Positions 9,694-18,990 of a stretch of 64,000 bases of DNA are shown here, one piece after another; the stretch's first letter is position 1, and every line of letters starts with the position of its first letter. The notes below the pieces were generated by a model. That model ran no database searches. It saw only the letters and a program-made list of their open reading frames with translations, and was not told the origin of the DNA. Where the stretch lies: the IMG/VR virus record IMGVR_UViG_3300005529_000001, positions 186,001 to 250,000 of that record; one strand, written 5' to 3'. The position numbers were made by a program, and so were the translations under genes.

Positions 9694-10688
9694 TTCGTCA
9701 CTTTTTGGATGTACGCGATCGTCTTATCAAGGCCCTGATCCAATGTCACGACTGGGTTCCATCCCAACAATGTTTTTGCTCTGCTGATGTCCGGGCATCG
9801 GCGTCTCGGATCATCGATGGGCAGGTCGCGCATCTGAATGTTGTTGTTGATACCGTTTGAGTCTAGAGGAATGTTGTGTACCTTGTTGATCACCTTGCAC
9901 GCCAGATGCCAGACAGTAAACTCATCTGGGTTACCCAAGTTGACAGGACAGCGTGGGTTCTCTTTGAGAGCTCCCATTGCAACGATGCCCCGGATCAGGT
10001 CATCAACATAACAAAACGACCGCGTCTGCCTACCCTCGCCATAGACCGTCAGCTGTTCGTTCTTGAGAGCTTGGCGGATGAAATTGCTGACGACACGCCC
10101 ATCAAACGGGTCCATGTTAGGACCGTAAGTGTTGAAGATCCTGACAAGACGAGCGTCAACTCCCTCCTGATTGAGGTAATCAAAACATAGAGCTTCCGCA
10201 GCGCGCTTTCCCTCGTCATAGCACGAGCGTGGACCGTATGAGTTGACACAACCCTTGTAATCTTCCCGCTGCGGTGACACATCTGGGTCGCCATACACCT
10301 CGCTGGTTGACGCATGAACTAGCACTGCGTCATAGTGATCAGCGAGTCGCAGCATCCGTTCAGTGCCCACAACGCAGGTCAACATCGTGTGGATGGGCTG
10401 TTCCTGATAGCGTGGTGGCGAAGCAGGACACGCAAAGTTATAGATGAGATTGAGCCCACGGTGGTGGTACTGCCATCCGTTGACATGGCTAGCGATCGCC
10501 GGGTCGGTGATGTTGCTCTGGGCGAAGCTGAAGTTCTCGTAAGAACACAGGTCTTTCAGGTGAAGAGAGCCCTTGTCAGACGAGCTGAAATCATCAACGC
10601 CGAGGACCCTGTCGCCCTTCTCAAGGTGGTGTTTCGCCAGGTGCGATCCCAAGAACCCCGCTGCGCCCGTCACCAGAACGTTCTTCAT
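9690..10688 (-). CDS. UDP-glucuronic acid decarboxylase-like NAD-dependent epimerase/dehydratase
   Basis: TGAAGFLG Rossmann motif, ACPASPP, STSEVYG, YDEGKR (YxxxK), RIFNTYGP, QTRSFCYVDD. Confidence 0.92.
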   Translation of the reverse strand: MKNVLVTGAAGFLGSHLAKHHLEKGDRVLGVDDFSSSDKGSLHLKDLCSYENFSFAQSNITDPAIASHVNGWQYHHRGLNLIYNFACPASPPRYQEQPIHTMLTCVVGTERMLRLADHYDAVLVHASTSEVYGDPDVSPQREDYKGCVNSYGPRSCYDEGKRAAEALCFDYLNQEGVDARLVRIFNTYGPNMDPFDGRVVSNFIRQALKNEQLTVYGEGRQTRSFCYVDDLIRGIVAMGALKENPRCPVNLGNPDEFTVWHLACKVINKVHNIPLDSNGINNNIQMRDLPIDDPRRRCPDISRAKTLLGWNPVVTLDQGLDKTIAYIQKVTK

Positions 10689-11028
10689 CTGCAGACACTA
10701 CCCCGTGTTCTACGTCCTGTTCAGGGTACGCAGATCGGAAGATATCGAGCAACTCACGTGCCAGAGTCGCGCCCTGTTCACCCTCAAGCTGTTGGTTAAA
10801 CCAGAACATGAACGTGCTCTGGATTGTGTGATAAGCGTGTTCATACGCGTCCTGTTCGGGCATCCTGATTATGAGGCCCTCAACGAACCTTGATAGGATC
10901 GATAACGCTTCCGATTCATACTCTCTCTCCCTGTTTGGGTCGTCAGGAGAGCAGTATCCCAGCGGGTCACGTTCGAAAAGGTGTTTGGTGAACTCTTCTA
11001 GGAGTTGCGAGCGACTCTTCTTCATCAT
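10621..11028 (-). CDS. Hypothetical protein
   Basis: 135 aa ORF; 3' end overlaps next gene by 68 nt. Confidence 0.55.
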   Translation of the reverse strand: MMKKSRSQLLEEFTKHLFERDPLGYCSPDDPNREREYESEALSILSRFVEGLIIRMPEQDAYEHAYHTIQSTFMFWFNQQLEGEQGATLARELLDIFRSAYPEQDVEHGVVSADEERSGDGRSGVLGIAPGETPP

Positions 11029-11035
11029 GTCAAGC

Positions 11036-11557
11036 TCACGGCGTGACGGTGAGTGTTCCCTTCATCATCATGTAATGGCCGGGGAACGTGCAGATGTACG
11101 GGTACTTGCCCGCCTCGGGCGCGGTAAACGTGACCTCAGTGCTCTCGCCCGCCTTTGCCTGCGGCGTGAACGTCATCAGGTCATGGTCCCTGACATCAAC
11201 GTATCCCGCTCTCTCGCCCATGTTGAGACCGTGAAGCGCAACGCTCGCTTCAGTCCCAGGCCTCACCAGTGCCCAGTTGTGCTGCATGGTGGTCATCGTC
11301 GAGTTGTTCTTGAAAACGAGGTGAACCTCGGCACCCGTTGGGACCGTCAGAGTTACCTTGTCAAACCTCATCTCGTTGCCGACGCTAGCAACTTGCAACT
11401 CGACGTGAACAGCCGGTGGTTTGGGAGCCTCAACGACGGACGGTGTCGGGGCTGGAGCCACAACGGTGGGTGCGGGTGGAGCAACGTTCTGCTGGGGAGC
11501 GGGCTTTCCGCAAGCGAAACAAGCGACAGTCGCTAGAGCGATCAGGTGAGCTTTCAT
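11036..11557 (-). CDS. Azurin/auracyanin-like blue copper lipoprotein
   Basis: Lipobox FAC-G, Pro-rich linker, type-1 Cu ligands QHNW and YICTFPGHYMMM. Confidence 0.9.
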   Translation of the reverse strand: MKAHLIALATVACFACGKPAPQQNVAPPAPTVVAPAPTPSVVEAPKPPAVHVELQVASVGNEMRFDKVTLTVPTGAEVHLVFKNNSTMTTMQHNWALVRPGTEASVALHGLNMGERAGYVDVRDHDLMTFTPQAKAGESTEVTFTAPEAGKYPYICTFPGHYMMMKGTLTVTP

Positions 11558-11595
11558 GGCCACAAAGTAGGCCCCCGCACCGCTCGTGTTCAGCC

Positions 11596-11602
11596 ATACT
11601 TA
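11596..11602 (+). promoter_or_regulatory. Putative late promoter ATACTTA
   Basis: 6 nt upstream of ATG 11609. Confidence 0.6.
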
Positions 11603-11608
11603 CCCATC

Positions 11609-12568
11609 ATGAAACCACAGCTGACAGAAGCTCACGTTGCCGAGATCATGGAACACTTGCTGGAGCGTTTCGGCGAGCCCATCGGCGATGCACAGGGTGA
11701 TCGCCAAGGGATCCCATCCAAGGGCGGTCGCAAGGAAAAGATGGGCAACCGGGGCTTCGGTGCGAAGCTTGAACACGTCGGGCTGCCCGGAGCGTGTGGG
11801 GGTTGTGGCGGCATGATGGGAATCGAGGGCGACACTTGCACTAACTGCGGCGAGATGCCCAACGCCCTGGAGCCCTCTCCCAGCCCGCCCAAGACTGCAG
11901 GCAACAGCGTCGCCATCGTTGTCAAGGGATCAACACCCGAGGGTGGCAGCCGCGGGGGCAAGTTCGCCCAGGGCCTGAAGGTCAAGGACATGGACGGCAT
12001 CCCATCAACGGGATCAGGCCGGGGCACGCAAGCTCCGGCATCCCCTCCGAAACCGATGCCCAAGGCTCCGGCTCCCGGTCCAGCTGAGCCCACCCCCATG
12101 CCAGCAACGCTCGATCAGGCTGACCTTGCGGGTGCTGATGAGCTCGACGAAGAGTCGACAGAAGACAAGCAAGAGCGTCTGCACTATGATATCGACCGTG
12201 ATGGCGAGGTTGGTGAGAGCCCGGAACACCGTGAGAAGGTTCTTGGTCACGAAGACGATGAGCTCGACGAAGATGCGATGCCAAGCGGCAGCTCTTCGCC
12301 CCCTCCTCCCCCGTCTAGCAGCTCTCCCGCTCCAGCACCAAAGCCACCGTCGCCCCCGCCATCATCAGGTGGATCATCACCCCCTCCCCCAAGCGGCGGG
12401 TCGTCATCGTCTCCGCCGCCCGCTGAGGAGATGCAGGAAGACATGGACCTCGATGAGGTCACGCCTCCCGGACGTGAGAAGCAAGTCAAAGCCCTGAAAA
12501 AGAAGGGCGACGTCAAGAACCCATGGGCAGTCGCTTGGTCTTCCTACAACAAGAGTCACAAGAAGTGA
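11609..12568 (+). CDS. Low-complexity acidic/Pro-rich protein, candidate head scaffold or internal protein
   Basis: Start MKPQLTEAHVAEIMEHLLE; CxxC pairs; P/S-rich tract; repeated ELDEE/ELDED/DLDEV; KNPWAVAW C-term. Confidence 0.7.
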   Translation: MKPQLTEAHVAEIMEHLLERFGEPIGDAQGDRQGIPSKGGRKEKMGNRGFGAKLEHVGLPGACGGCGGMMGIEGDTCTNCGEMPNALEPSPSPPKTAGNSVAIVVKGSTPEGGSRGGKFAQGLKVKDMDGIPSTGSGRGTQAPASPPKPMPKAPAPGPAEPTPMPATLDQADLAGADELDEESTEDKQERLHYDIDRDGEVGESPEHREKVLGHEDDELDEDAMPSGSSSPPPPPSSSSPAPAPKPPSPPPSSGGSSPPPPSGGSSSSPPPAEEMQEDMDLDEVTPPGREKQVKALKKKGDVKNPWAVAWSSYNKSHKK

Positions 12569-12570
12569 CC

Positions 12571-12885
12571 ATGAAAACAACAGTTGGTAATTTGAAGGCG
12601 ATGGTTGCTCAAGTCATCGCTGAAACCCGTGGTCACCTCAACCCACAGGAAGTGCTGACCACATACGAAGACCTGTACATCAACTCGGTCAGGAACAACC
12701 GCGCTGGTGACCACGCTATGGGCCCGGCGGGAGTTGTCCCGCTGGAGACGCTAGCCAGCATGCTCGGTGCATCGCCCGAACAGCTCGCTGCTGTGATGCA
12801 CAAAGCGGGTCTGATTGTTGATCGTGACGGCAACGTGGTCGAGCGCGGCAACACGCCGCCCCCGATGAAAGCCGTCAAGGGCTAA
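12571..12885 (+). CDS. Hypothetical protein with shared N-terminal motif
   Basis: Start MKTTVGNLKAMVAQVIAE, 2 nt after previous stop. Confidence 0.7.
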   Translation: MKTTVGNLKAMVAQVIAETRGHLNPQEVLTTYEDLYINSVRNNRAGDHAMGPAGVVPLETLASMLGASPEQLAAVMHKAGLIVDRDGNVVERGNTPPPMKAVKG

Positions 12886-12889
12886 GGGC

Positions 12890-14074
12890 TTAGTTCAGTG
12901 AGACGGTGAAGCCGACCTTTGAAAGGTCGACTGGGTGGGTCGTCCACTGGAGCCTGATGGGCTCACCTGCCGCAGCTTGCCTCTTGTTCCAGTGCTCGCA
13001 GAACATGTCGAGCGCTCGCTCGTCGATTGCACGGAAAGAACCACCGTGAGGCAACCAGCCGATGACAGGCATCGGGGTGACCTTGGTGTTGCCCTCGCCG
13101 AGACGGTACTTGCGAATCGCCATCGGGAGCTGCCCTTCCTGGACGCGGAACAACGTCTTGGCTTGCTCGATGAACTGCTCACCCGTCAGACGGGCCTCAA
13201 CCAGCTTGCGGACCGGGTCTTCGACCTCGTTGAGCTCGGGCAGCATGCCCTCGTTCAGGGCCTCTTCCTCTGCCTGTTGCTCGAGGTAAGCAAGCGTTGA
13301 CTTGAGGGCGTTCTCTCTCAGAGAGTTTCGTTCCATGGCGAGTTCTTCCTTTTCTTTGATCAGGTCTTTGACACACTTCAGAAGCTTGGTTTCGTCGATC
13401 TCAATCAATGACGTTGCCTTGATGCTGTTGCAGAATCGACGGACCGCCAACTCTTCCCAAGCGTATTCAATGTTACGTCCGTACTCGTGCATCAATCGCC
13501 AAGCTTGCTGGCGGTACCAAGTCTCGCTAAGTTCGGGACCCGGCGCGGTCTTGGCTGCGTCGCCGTAAGCTTCCGCGCCCTCAACCGGGTCATGGCCCAT
13601 CGGTTCAGCCTTGGGTTGGGAGACACCTGCCTCATGGAGCTTAGCTGCCTTGCGCTTGCGATAGATGAGACGCAGTTCATCATCATTCTTGAACTTCTTC
13701 AACATCTCGCGGACAGTCTCGAGCGGGACGCGGCTGGCGACGATGTGACGGACCTTGGGCTCAGCATCGCTCGTCAGCTTGCCAAGGAATTTCTCGGGCA
13801 CCACACGTGCCGCGAACTCACGGACTGACGGGTGACGGTGATCGAGGAAACCCGTTGTCACTTGAGCGAGGAAATCAAACCGAGACGAACGTCCCGTGCG
13901 GTCAAGGACATCCATCCAGCTGTTTGCTGACTGGACAACGTCTTCGATCCGGCCTTCAATGATGACCGCTGGACCAAGGACGCGCTTGATCTCATTCTTG
14001 AGTTCCTCAACTGCCCTCTCTTCGTCGAGGGTCCGCTTGACAGCGGCCTGTAGGTCCCTGAGGTTCAGACGCAT
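12890..14074 (-). CDS. Protein with shared N-terminal motif and LRV/HEAT-like repeats
   Basis: MRLNLRDLQAAVKRTLDEE; HPSVREFAARVVPEKFLGKLTSDAEPKVRHIVASR; AGGAG SD. Confidence 0.75.
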   Translation of the reverse strand: MRLNLRDLQAAVKRTLDEERAVEELKNEIKRVLGPAVIIEGRIEDVVQSANSWMDVLDRTGRSSRFDFLAQVTTGFLDHRHPSVREFAARVVPEKFLGKLTSDAEPKVRHIVASRVPLETVREMLKKFKNDDELRLIYRKRKAAKLHEAGVSQPKAEPMGHDPVEGAEAYGDAAKTAPGPELSETWYRQQAWRLMHEYGRNIEYAWEELAVRRFCNSIKATSLIEIDETKLLKCVKDLIKEKEELAMERNSLRENALKSTLAYLEQQAEEEALNEGMLPELNEVEDPVRKLVEARLTGEQFIEQAKTLFRVQEGQLPMAIRKYRLGEGNTKVTPMPVIGWLPHGGSFRAIDERALDMFCEHWNKRQAAAGEPIRLQWTTHPVDLSKVGFTVSLN

Positions 14075-14094
14075 GCGTGCACGGCTCCTGGGGG

Positions 14095-14101
14095 TAAGTA
14101 T
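14095..14101 (-). promoter_or_regulatory. Putative late promoter ATACTTA
   Basis: Upstream of SD and ATG 14074. Confidence 0.6.
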
Positions 14102-14106
14102 GGCCC

Positions 14107-14328
14107 TCAGGGGCGTCCCCTCTTCATCGGTCGAGACAGTCCCATCTTCTCAAGGTACGAGCTGATCTGCTTCTTGACATCGTTGGGCACCATGACGCTT
14201 TCTTTCTGGTGCGCAGGATCGTCTTCGAGCAGCTCGCTATATGTCTCGTCAGGCCGGGAGCCACCCCAACAATCGGGTTCGATCTCCTCAGATAACAGGT
14301 TCCGTAGCTGGCCCAGGGTTAAGCGCAT
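14107..14328 (-). CDS. Small protein with shared N-terminal motif
   Basis: MRLTLGQLRNLLSEE; TGATG overlap with upstream gene. Confidence 0.7.
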   Translation of the reverse strand: MRLTLGQLRNLLSEEIEPDCWGGSRPDETYSELLEDDPAHQKESVMVPNDVKKQISSYLEKMGLSRPMKRGRP

Positions 14329-14705
14329 CAAGCACCCTCAAGGGGGAACCAATCATCACGGTGTGGGTCCCAGGTTGCCAGCTCGACTTGCGGCATCTCA
14401 GCCATCGAGACCCGTAATTGCTGTCCGATCTTGAACCACAACGACCGGGCCTTGATGACCTGTGGATCGTCAGCAAACGGGTAATCTGGGAACATGTCAG
14501 GAACGACTTCGGCCCACGCGTCAGCAGCGCCGGGGAACATGTGCTCGACCTGGGCAGTTGACAGCTCTTGGTTCTCTTCTTCGACCTTGCCGAGCTTGAA
14601 TTGCCGGCCGCCGGGCTTAGTCTTTCGCAGGCCTCCTGACGGTGTCCCGAACTCGTTCAGAGCCTCAGCAAGCAGCTGCCGGACCTTGCCCCATGTCGTT
14701 TTCAT
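14328..14705 (-). CDS. Protein with shared N-terminal motif
   Basis: MKTTWGKVRQLLAEALNEF. Confidence 0.7.
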   Translation of the reverse strand: MKTTWGKVRQLLAEALNEFGTPSGGLRKTKPGGRQFKLGKVEEENQELSTAQVEHMFPGAADAWAEVVPDMFPDYPFADDPQVIKARSLWFKIGQQLRVSMAEMPQVELATWDPHRDDWFPLEGA

Positions 14706-14892
14706 GGAGACTAAATACCACGATCTCCCTGTCTAGACGCCGACGAGCACGGCGGAGACCCTTCTTGCGTCCCCACCGCCAGCTCGCGTGGCGTTTCTTG
14801 TCACGGTAGCACGGGACCATGCCCGCGTGGAGACCGTCCCAACCGTGCATGCTGGGACGCTGAGCGCGGATAACGCTAGCCGCCGCGCTCAC
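14665..14892 (-). CDS. Possible small basic protein
   Basis: GTGA-coupled to HNH gene, Arg-rich; overlaps next gene. Confidence 0.35.
   Translation of the reverse strand: MSAAASVIRAQRPSMHGWDGLHAGMVPCYRDKKRHASWRWGRKKGLRRARRRLDREIVVFSLHENDMGQGPAAAC
14712..14718 (-). promoter_or_regulatory. Putative late promoter GTATTTA
   Basis: 6 nt upstream of ATG 14705, no SD. Confidence 0.55.
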
Positions 14893-15419
14893 TCTTCCCT
14901 CGGGATGAACGTGTCCCAGTCCTCGTGCCAGCTGTCGCTACGAAGCGCGTCCCAGAAGTGCAGGGAAGTCGGGTTCACCGGCTTCTTCAGCAACTTCATG
15001 CCCGCTTCTTCGGGCGTCTGACAGTCTTTCCGCCTGTTGCACGGGCGACAAGCTGACACACAGTTCAGCCACGATGTGGGCCCACCACGGGCCTGGGGCA
15101 TGACGTGGTCAATGGTGATCGACTGCCATCCTAGCTTGGTCCCGCAGTACTGGCACTTCCAACCGTCGCGGTTGAACAGCACCTTCTTGCGAAAACGCGG
15201 TGGCTTCCACTTCTTCTTGACCCACTTGAGGACGCGGATCGTGGCCGGGACACGGATCGAGGTGGAGGGCGAGCTCCAGACCTCGTCCCACTCAGACGGT
15301 TTGCCCGTCGCAGTGTTGACGTAGACCTCCGCGCGCCCCTTGTAGAAGAGGATGATCGCCTCCTCGTCCGACACAAAGTGCAACGGAGTAAAATCCGAAT
15401 TGAGCAGCAGGGCTCTCAC
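14889..15419 (-). CDS. HNH endonuclease
   Basis: RDGWKCQYCG, TIDHVMPQARGG, NCVSACRPCNRRK. Confidence 0.92.
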   Translation of the reverse strand: MRALLLNSDFTPLHFVSDEEAIILFYKGRAEVYVNTATGKPSEWDEVWSSPSTSIRVPATIRVLKWVKKKWKPPRFRKKVLFNRDGWKCQYCGTKLGWQSITIDHVMPQARGGPTSWLNCVSACRPCNRRKDCQTPEEAGMKLLKKPVNPTSLHFWDALRSDSWHEDWDTFIPREE

Positions 15420-15486
15420 TGTACGTCACGTCTCCCATCTCGCCAGTTTTCACAATCCTATATCTAGGACGCACGATTGTGCACCG

Positions 15487-15873
15487 TCATTTGAAGGTAA
15501 TCGAGTGACCGCAGCCACACCGTGACGCTTCACGAGGATTGTCAAACTCAAAACCCTGCTTCATCAACGTCTTTGTCCAACTCACTGTTGAACCCGACAA
15601 GTAAATGGCTGACTTCTTGTCAACCATGAAAATCAAGCCGCCCTCTTGCCATGAAATGTCCCTGAGTCCGGGCATGTCGTACTCGAAACCAAGGTAGTAA
15701 GTGAAACCCGAGCAACCCCCGCCCGTCAGCCCAAACCGGTAACCCACAGGACCCATTCCGGGATCCCTCTCGCCCAGCGCCAGCTGCTTCTGGAACTGCT
15801 CGAGGGCCTCAGGAGTAATCTTGACGACGGGGTCCATTGCCACACCGTACCGAGAACGCAAATTCTTGTTCAA
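15487..15873 (-). CDS. iscA: IscA/HesB Fe-S cluster assembly A-type carrier
   Basis: KITPEA, GGGCSGFTY, FEFDNP...CGCGHS; start may be ATG 15837. Confidence 0.9.
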   Translation of the reverse strand: MNKNLRSRYGVAMDPVVKITPEALEQFQKQLALGERDPGMGPVGYRFGLTGGGCSGFTYYLGFEYDMPGLRDISWQEGGLIFMVDKKSAIYLSGSTVSWTKTLMKQGFEFDNPREASRCGCGHSITFK

Positions 15874-16841
15874 GCCATCGCAAAGTCAAACGATACCATG
15901 CCGGTGTCAGCATCCATGGTGCACATCGCGCCGACGGGCACCGGGATCGTCCAGTCACCGTGAGAGAAGCTATAACCGTACACGCAAGGTGGTCCCTCGC
16001 TCAGGTACTGCACCAAGACGTCATCGATGCTTGGGACTTTGCCGTCACGCTTCTGGGGTACGTCGCAGAACTCCCCGACCACGATGCCCGCGATCTTGTC
16101 AAGGACTCCGGCGAGCCTACAATGGATCAGGAGACGAGCGATCACCTCTCCGTCCTTGTGAACGTCCTCGATGAAGAGGATCGCGCCTTCAAAATCAGGA
16201 CAGAATGGCGAACCGAGCAACGTGCAAAAAGTGTCAAGGTTGCCACCGATGATGTGGCCCCGGGCTTTTCCGGGTGATACCGTCCTGGGCATGTATTGGT
16301 TGATGGTGAAGGGCTTCTGCTCCCATGGCTCGGGCGACATCATGAACTGCGTCGCAAACCGCAACGACTCTTCGTCGGTGTAACGAAAGTGTTGGCCCTC
16401 GTCAACCCGGATCGCTGGGTACTGCCCGTTGATGCTGATCAAGCCCGCTCCGGCAAGGATGCCGTTGTTTAGAGCGGTGATGTCGCTGAGGCCGATGAGT
16501 GCACGTTGGCTCTGGCGGATCGCGCCATAATCAAGGTACGGGAGCAGCTCACCTGAACCCATGCCGCCGAGACAGGTATAGATGCCCTCGATTCCTGGCG
16601 CGGTGAATGCCCACATCAGCTCCTCCACCCGGTCCATCAAGGGGGCCGCGTGGATGTCTAACGTGTTGAGGGTCTTGACATTCTTGCCCAAGACGGGCTC
16701 TAAGCCACATTCCTTGATGATATCAAGGCCAGCAACGAGCTCGTCAGTCCGGATGGGCGAAGCAGGAGCAACAATGGCTACACGCGCACCAGGGTTGATC
16801 CTCTTGGGAGCGATGAAGGGCATCGACCCTAAGTAGGTCAC
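15870..16841 (-). CDS. LD-carboxypeptidase (S66 peptidase, LdcA/MccF family)
   Basis: IVAPAS, GLSDITAL (Ser), GGNL, LFIEDV (Glu), FSHG (His). Confidence 0.92.
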   Translation of the reverse strand: MTYLGSMPFIAPKRINPGARVAIVAPASPIRTDELVAGLDIIKECGLEPVLGKNVKTLNTLDIHAAPLMDRVEELMWAFTAPGIEGIYTCLGGMGSGELLPYLDYGAIRQSQRALIGLSDITALNNGILAGAGLISINGQYPAIRVDEGQHFRYTDEESLRFATQFMMSPEPWEQKPFTINQYMPRTVSPGKARGHIIGGNLDTFCTLLGSPFCPDFEGAILFIEDVHKDGEVIARLLIHCRLAGVLDKIAGIVVGEFCDVPQKRDGKVPSIDDVLVQYLSEGPPCVYGYSFSHGDWTIPVPVGAMCTMDADTGMVSFDFAMA

Positions 16842-17773
16842 TTCGGGGGCATGCGGCGATGGATCTCCTGCATTGCAAGGTCGTACTTTAGGGGCTCCTG
16901 GAACCAGGTTGACAGCTCCAACAGCTGCTCACCCGTCATGTGTCGCATCGCGGGACCCAACATGGTCTGTATGACTTTGGGCGAAGTCAGGATGAACCTT
17001 CGTAGTTTGTCGAGCCTCTGGAGACGCTCGTCGTTCGGGTTGAGCTTCTGGATGTCTTCGATGTGGGAGGCTTTCCAGTCAAGCGTCTTTGATACGAGAC
17101 GCATGATGTGATCCGCGACGGCGGGGGTCACGCTCTGGTAACGTTTGCGATGCAGCCATTTGAAGACGCGGTTTATCGTCCACTTAGACTCCCACGTCAC
17201 AACGTGAAGCATCCTCTCGCGTTCTAACATCTCCAGGTGCTCTGGGAAGACGAGTGAGTCTTCTGTCACCGCGACCATGCCGTTGTAGATGTCAAATCGT
17301 GATAGCTGTTCGACGATGGGCGCCACGTACTGGGTGATGACTTGGACACGCGCATCCCCATCAACTAGGTACTCAATCGCAGTGTTCGTCACTGTTGGAG
17401 TGATCTGTAACCCAGTCAACGACAACAACTTGGGAGAGTGCGTGAACGCCGTCAGGTTCTTCACGTGTGGGAACCAAACGTCAATGTCACCGCATCCAGC
17501 GTTTTGAAAAGGGCCAAGATCTGCGTCAAGTCGCTTTGGAGCACCTAGATGCATGCGAACTGCGTTCCATAACTCACCTTCATCCGGCATGGGTTCCAAC
17601 AACCCAAACTGGTTCCGTGCCAGGATGTTGGCAAAACCACCCGCGATATAACCACCGTTCTCGAATGCTGCTTCGAGCAAGGTCCTCGTCGTACGCTTCA
17701 GCGTAAAATTGTTAGCCATCATCTGAAGGAATGGCTTTGGAAGCTTGACGGTCTTGAAGTTCAGATCTTCCAT
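16838..17773 (-). CDS. Putative Pol-beta-type nucleotidyltransferase (CCA/poly(A) polymerase head-like)
   Basis: YIAGGF...GDIDVWF motif and SRFDI. Confidence 0.5.
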   Translation of the reverse strand: MEDLNFKTVKLPKPFLQMMANNFTLKRTTRTLLEAAFENGGYIAGGFANILARNQFGLLEPMPDEGELWNAVRMHLGAPKRLDADLGPFQNAGCGDIDVWFPHVKNLTAFTHSPKLLSLTGLQITPTVTNTAIEYLVDGDARVQVITQYVAPIVEQLSRFDIYNGMVAVTEDSLVFPEHLEMLERERMLHVVTWESKWTINRVFKWLHRKRYQSVTPAVADHIMRLVSKTLDWKASHIEDIQKLNPNDERLQRLDKLRRFILTSPKVIQTMLGPAMRHMTGEQLLELSTWFQEPLKYDLAMQEIHRRMPPK

Positions 17774-18561
17774 GACACGTCCACACCATCAAAACGCTTC
17801 TGCATCGTCTCGATGGCCCAGGGACTCGTGTCAGCTAACGTAAAGCTCCTGCCATGGACATGTGCAGCATCGCCCGTTGTCCCACTACCAGCGAACACGT
17901 CCATGACGTGGCCGCCCGGTGGGCTGCTGGCAAGCACCGCTCGTTCGATCAACAACCTGGGCTTTTGGGTGGGGTATCCGTTCCGTTCTTTGGCGTTGGT
18001 CCCAATGATACCGATGTCCCAAACGTCAGTGGGAACCTTGCCAAGAGCGATCCTCTCCTCAGCTTCTTCAGGTGACCTGCCCACGCGTTGCATCTCAGGT
18101 GCCTTGTAGGGTACCCGTGGGATGTCATCCCAGCTGAAGATGTGCTGGTCTTCTTCGCGCGAGTAAACGAGGATGTTGTCGTGTTTCTTGGGCCAGCATC
18201 GCTTGCCTCGGCCTCCAAAATCATAGGCCCAGATGATCTCATTCAAGAAGTTCTCAGCACCGAAAACTTCATCGCACATAACCTTGGCCCGATGGACCCA
18301 GTGATGGTCGAGGTGGAGATACATGCTGCCAGTTGGCTTCAACACACGTCGGATGCCCTCAACGTGCATCTGCAACCAAGCAACGTAGTTCTTGTTGGGA
18401 TCCTCGAACTCGACAAAGCTCATCACCTCACCCGCTTTCTTGCGAGCAAGGGTCTGCTTGTGTCCGGTACCAAACGGCGGGTCAATGTAAACGAGATCCA
18501 CGCTGGCTTCGGGCGTCTGTCCAAGAACGCCCATCGCGTTGCAGTGCCAGACAGTGTTCAC
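17761..18561 (-). CDS. DNA methyltransferase, beta class (N6A/N4C)
   Basis: DPPF motif IV, YPTQKP, DVFAGSGTT motif I. Confidence 0.92.
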   Translation of the reverse strand: MNTVWHCNAMGVLGQTPEASVDLVYIDPPFGTGHKQTLARKKAGEVMSFVEFEDPNKNYVAWLQMHVEGIRRVLKPTGSMYLHLDHHWVHRAKVMCDEVFGAENFLNEIIWAYDFGGRGKRCWPKKHDNILVYSREEDQHIFSWDDIPRVPYKAPEMQRVGRSPEEAEERIALGKVPTDVWDIGIIGTNAKERNGYPTQKPRLLIERAVLASSPPGGHVMDVFAGSGTTGDAAHVHGRSFTLADTSPWAIETMQKRFDGVDVSWKI

Positions 18562-18564
18562 TTT

Positions 18565-18990
18565 TCATCCACCAAACGGGTTCTCGTTCTCAGAGACCGT
18601 TGTCGCTGTGGCTGTCCCCGGAGACGGGGGCTGGATGAATGCAGCCGCGTTGTTCTGCAGCTTCGCAATGACTCCCTCGAGCTTCTTCGCCACTTCATCT
18701 GCTGCAGCGACGCACTGCTCGATCGTCTGGGTCGCGGTCACCAGGCGACGGACCATCGTTGCTTTCTTGGCTTGGTCCCACTTCTTGGCCTTTTTGCGAG
18801 ACATCAGCTCCTCAAGGCGCTCCTTTCGGAGGGTCGCTGCCCTGAGCGTGTGCTGGATGTAAGCAAGCTGGTACTGCAACACCATCGGGTGGTCTTGCGG
18901 GACCTCAGCTGCTGGTTTCTGTCCCGTAACAGGCTGTGTCTTCTTGGAGACGGGCAGTGCCGTCGGTGACCTCAACGTGCTCTTGCGCAT
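18565..18990 (-). CDS. Hypothetical coiled-coil protein
   Basis: 141 aa helical, basic ORF. Confidence 0.6.
   Translation of the reverse strand: MRKSTLRSPTALPVSKKTQPVTGQKPAAEVPQDHPMVLQYQLAYIQHTLRAATLRKERLEELMSRKKAKKWDQAKKATMVRRLVTATQTIEQCVAAADEVAKKLEGVIAKLQNNAAAFIQPPSPGTATATTVSENENPFGG

Noticed and set aside
12280-12430. C-rich repetitive tract as a repeat array or CRISPR
   Set aside because: It encodes a Pro/Ser low-complexity linker in frame; no constant repeat-spacer structure.
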